A DNA stretch of 64,000 bases from positions 124,090 through 188,089 of the forward strand of contig CAJMMO010000003.1 in assembly GCA_905214545.1 (NCBI GenBank), written 5' to 3'. The stretch comes from an uncultured bacterium. GTDB taxonomy: Bacteria > Bacillota > Bacilli > Lactobacillales > Lactobacillaceae. A program made the position numbers and the translations under genes. Positions 60,615 through 64,000 of this stretch are shown piece after piece (the first letter of the stretch is position 1; each line of letters opens with the position of its first letter). The notes beneath the pieces are model-generated. The model ran no database searches. It worked only from the letters and a program-made list of their open reading frames with translations, and was not told where the DNA came from.

Positions 60615-61139
60615 TTAGCTATTTTTATACTGTCTATCAACAATTGTATACAAAATATCCCCCAATTCTCTGGGAGTTTTTTTACATCCTTGTTCAACCC
60701 AGTTTTTAATTACCCCAACCGCACCGTAATAGTTAAATTGATATTCGATGTCAAACATCTGTTCATCATAATTACCCTGTTTTTTTAAAATTAACATTGT
60801 CTGCTTCTTAAGGTCGCTCATCATCCGCCGTACGGGCTCGCTCTCAACCCCAATATGGAAAAATTCACGGTAAAAATCCTGATTATCATAAATCACTTCC
60901 AAAAGCTTATATCTATCGGTAAACATATTCTTGCTTTTAAAGGCTTGTTCTCTAAGCTCCTGCTCTATTTTTTCAAATAAGTCGTAAATATCTAAATAAT
61001 TCCGATAAAAGGTTGAGCGATTGATATCAGCACGTGTACAAATCTCCTTGACCGTAATTTCAGATAAATGCTGATCTTTTAGAAGCTCAAACAAAGCCTG
61101 TTTAATAACCTGTTGAGTATATTTTTTTCTGCGATCCAT
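60615..61139 (-). CDS. TetR/AcrR family regulator
   Basis: DRR...T, ITVKEIC..ADINRSTFY. Confidence 0.92.
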   Translation of the reverse strand: MDRRKKYTQQVIKQALFELLKDQHLSEITVKEICTRADINRSTFYRNYLDIYDLFEKIEQELREQAFKSKNMFTDRYKLLEVIYDNQDFYREFFHIGVESEPVRRMMSDLKKQTMLILKKQGNYDEQMFDIEYQFNYYGAVGVIKNWVEQGCKKTPRELGDILYTIVDRQYKNS

Positions 61140-61282
61140 TTGCTAACCTTTCGCATCACATCATTTAAACATGTTGCATATTGAACACTAGTTAATTAAT
61201 TGATGGTTGGCTGACTGCTTAAACTTGATTATCATACGGTTAGCCAAATTTTGCAACACGTGATGCAGAAAGGAAAACTTCA

Positions 61283-62281
61283 ATGAAAAAAATTTTGGTA
61301 ACAGGAGGCACTGGTTTCTTAGCTGGCTGGGTAATCCGTCGCTTATTGGAACAAGGCTGCTCAGTTCGCACAACGGTACGTTCAGAACAAAAATTTTCAA
61401 AAATTGTTGATATGTTACAGGCTGCTCATGTCGATACAAGCAAATTAAGTTATGTTGTCACAGATTTAACTGCCCCGAATGGCTGGGATCAAGCAATGAA
61501 AGACGTAACTTATGTCCTCCACCTTGCTTCACCCCTTGGTGGTAATAATCAAGATGATCCGCACTTAATTAACGTTGCTAAAGAAGGCGTCACCTATGTC
61601 ATCGAAGCCGCCATCAAAGCTCAAGTAGATAAAATTGTCATGACCTCTTCAGAAGCGGCAAATTATCCTGAAAAGAGCAATGGCAATCAAAAATTAAATG
61701 AAAGCTATTGGACGGATTTAAACAATAAGCTGCTCACTAATTACATGCGCTCTAAAGTAGTAGCTGAGCAGACAGCATGGGAACTCATCAATAAACAAAC
61801 ACACACAAAACTGGTTACTATTTTGCCCGGTGCAATACTAGGGCCAAATATGTCTGGCAGGCATGGCAGTACTGACCAGATCTTCGAAATGATCCTAAAA
61901 GGGATGCCAAGCCCTCATGTCATTTATCCAGTCGTCGATGTTCGTGATTTAGCAGATCTCCACATCAAGGCAATGCAAAACAGCGAAGCCGATGGTAAAA
62001 GGTTCATAGCAGAAAGCGAAGAAATGACAATGCCCCAAATGGCTAGCTTGATTAAGCAGCACTATCCATCCTATAAAGTGAGCACCCTGACTATTCCAAA
62101 CTGGTTTGTAGGAATAGCAGCGAATTTTAACAGTGCAATGAAGACTTTGAATACAATGATTGGTTTAAAATATCACCGCGATAACTCCAGGGCGAGAACA
62201 ATTTTAAAATGGCATCCACGACCTGCCAGCCAAACTGTATTAGATAGCGTGAATTACCTAATTCAAAATCAATTAATATAA
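61283..62281 (+). CDS. NAD-dependent epimerase/aldehyde reductase (extended SDR)
   Basis: VTGGTGFLA, HLASP, TSS.AA, YMRSK, VDVRDLA. Confidence 0.92.
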   Translation: MKKILVTGGTGFLAGWVIRRLLEQGCSVRTTVRSEQKFSKIVDMLQAAHVDTSKLSYVVTDLTAPNGWDQAMKDVTYVLHLASPLGGNNQDDPHLINVAKEGVTYVIEAAIKAQVDKIVMTSSEAANYPEKSNGNQKLNESYWTDLNNKLLTNYMRSKVVAEQTAWELINKQTHTKLVTILPGAILGPNMSGRHGSTDQIFEMILKGMPSPHVIYPVVDVRDLADLHIKAMQNSEADGKRFIAESEEMTMPQMASLIKQHYPSYKVSTLTIPNWFVGIAANFNSAMKTLNTMIGLKYHRDNSRARTILKWHPRPASQTVLDSVNYLIQNQLI

Positions 62282-62510
62282 ATATCAGTTCAATATTTAA
62301 GAGCAAAACAAAAAAGGTGTACTAGTTTTCAACAATTAGTACACCTTTTTATTAGCTAAATATCTGAAAGCCAAAAGTTCCATAAAATTAGAAAAACGCC
62401 TTTCACCTCAAAAAAGGATCCAGACGTTTTTCCTATGTCATGCACTATTAAGCAACATGACGCCATTACTGGCAAATATCTATTTCAACGTTATCTTATC
62501 TGAATTATCG

Positions 62511-63530
62511 CTAATAGTCAAAAGGTAGTGGCCAATCACATTGCCGCCAATAGCCAATATCTTTTAAATAGCTTTCTTTCAAACTATTCGGGATTTTGCT
62601 CTGAATCATTAAGCAAGAGAATGATTCTTTGATCCCTTGAACTTTATCTAATATACACATAGATTGAAAAAGATTTAAATTTCGATTGGACCTATTGGTT
62701 CTTAAATACAAATTCTTTATTAGCTTATTATCCACAGGATATTTAGCATGATACCTGCTTTTATTGATCATTTCAAAGTGAGCACATTCATTTCTTAACC
62801 AGTTAACTACATAGAGAATGCTTTCAAATTCAGATCTATTAACTGGTTTAAGATTAAAATCAGCCAATACTTATTGAGCAACTTTTGAATTTAAAAGAGA
62901 GAACATCATATGAGTTTGCCCAAAATCTAATACTTTTATCGCAACCCACAAAGGTGGTCTGCCCCCATACGCACTCATATATCTTTCTCTGCGTCTTAAC
63001 TTACGAATCAATTTAATATCAGTAACAAAGAATGGAAAAAGTCCTCTCTGATTTACGTGTGGGGTACTGCCAGTATACTTTTTTGAATACCCAAATCTGG
63101 CATAAAAAACTTCCTCACGATCATTTACACTAACCATCTTGTAATTGCCAGTGTCGCAATAAGCATTCCACAAAGGATAACGTTCAGAAAAATGATAGGC
63201 GATAGAAGTCTTTAGCCTTATTTCAAATTTACCAATTTCGGATAACAATAACTCGCGGAGCTTTTTGTTAAGCTTATATAAGCCTAGCAGGTCATCCAAG
63301 GAGTAGTTCCCATAATACTTATTCTTAGAATCAGAGACATTAATAATGTCATCCAGTCCATTAACCAAGTCGAAATAATTTTTTTGGATCAGTTCAAGTT
63401 TTAATTTTCTAATAGATTCTTCTCTAGATCTATTGGGCGGCAACTTAAGATGTCGCTGATTAACAACAATCTCACACTGCTCATCTAATGTCTTGAACTC
63501 TTTAGGTTCATCACTCCTCAAGAGGACCAC
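62511..63530 (-). pseudogene. Abi-family (AbiD/AbiF, Abi_2-like) HEPN protein split by in-frame TAA at 62871-62873
   Basis: FKTLDEQ, NYF.L.NG, LY....LR..LL..I..FE..LKT..AY.F, PPLWV....L.FG; the frame continues VLADF...WLRNECAH. Confidence 0.8.
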
Positions 63531-63581
63531 ACCTCATTCTTTTAAAAAGCATGTCTCATACTAATAAATACGCAGTAATTA

Positions 63582-63962
63582 TTAAAAACTATTCTTTATC
63601 ACATCATTAACTTGCAGCAGTTCATACCGTTTAACTTCAACCCTTATGCTCTGACCAAATTTTTCAGGCAGCTGCCCATCGGGCTCTAGGTAAAAGGCGT
63701 GCCCACTTTCATCGCGCAGCTTAACAAAAGACGTTTCTCCAATCCTTTGATGTCCAGCCACCAGAAACTTTTTGCCGGTATCCGCAACATCCCCTAAAAT
63801 ACCAATTTTGAAGTTATATGAACTGCCAACTTTCAAAAAGCTAAACTCATCGTCGCCCCTAATGTCTGAATCATCAAAGGCCGTGATTTGGTGCTTGCTT
63901 TCGTCTTGTAACACGATGTCTCGCGTTAATGCATAAGGAATAATTTCTTTGACTGTGTACAT
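63582..63962 (-). CDS. Hypothetical protein
   Basis: 126-aa ORF with GGAGG RBS; no motif recognised. Confidence 0.6.
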   Translation of the reverse strand: MYTVKEIIPYALTRDIVLQDESKHQITAFDDSDIRGDDEFSFLKVGSSYNFKIGILGDVADTGKKFLVAGHQRIGETSFVKLRDESGHAFYLEPDGQLPEKFGQSIRVEVKRYELLQVNDVIKNSF

Positions 63963-64000
63963 ATCGGCCTCCATTAATTAAGTAGACAATAATTTATTGA

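Noticed and set aside
560..61439. Numerous antisense or alternate-frame ORFs (e.g. 16799-17305, 43292-44038, 50935-51738)
   Set aside because: Shadows of GC3-rich or low-complexity genes, with no motifs of their own.

Overview
64-kb chromosomal window from a Lactobacillus-like Firmicute (LPXTG/YSIRK surface proteins, GC-rich housekeeping codon usage). 1.5-13 kb is a defence island: a Type I R-M locus with an expressed hsdS, a tyrosine recombinase and an inverted second hsdS joined by two inverted-repeat pairs (an hsdS shufflon), an extra half-size HsdS, hsdR broken by one in-frame TAG, and an XRE/DUF2971-like/FRG trio. Two LPXTG clusters lie at 13-17 kb and 41-53 kb, with three genes interrupted. 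17.5-40 kb is a redox/detox region with MFS pumps, MarR/MerR/TetR/Rrf2 regulators, ribDEBAH and two FMN riboswitches, one unexpectedly in front of a flavodoxin-fold oxidoreductase. Mrr, an ABC exporter, GNATs, an AAA-DUF4143 ATPase, an OYE and a nonsense-split Abi/HEPN gene follow. The least explained signals are non-coding: three tandem promoter-microORF-terminator units (18.2-18.6 kb), two tandem sense/antisense type I TA-like modules with non-hydrophobic peptides (58.6-59.3 kb), and a motif exactly 23 nt before the -10 box of four promoters. No rRNA, tRNA, CRISPR or IS element was seen. All family calls are by eye, without database searches.
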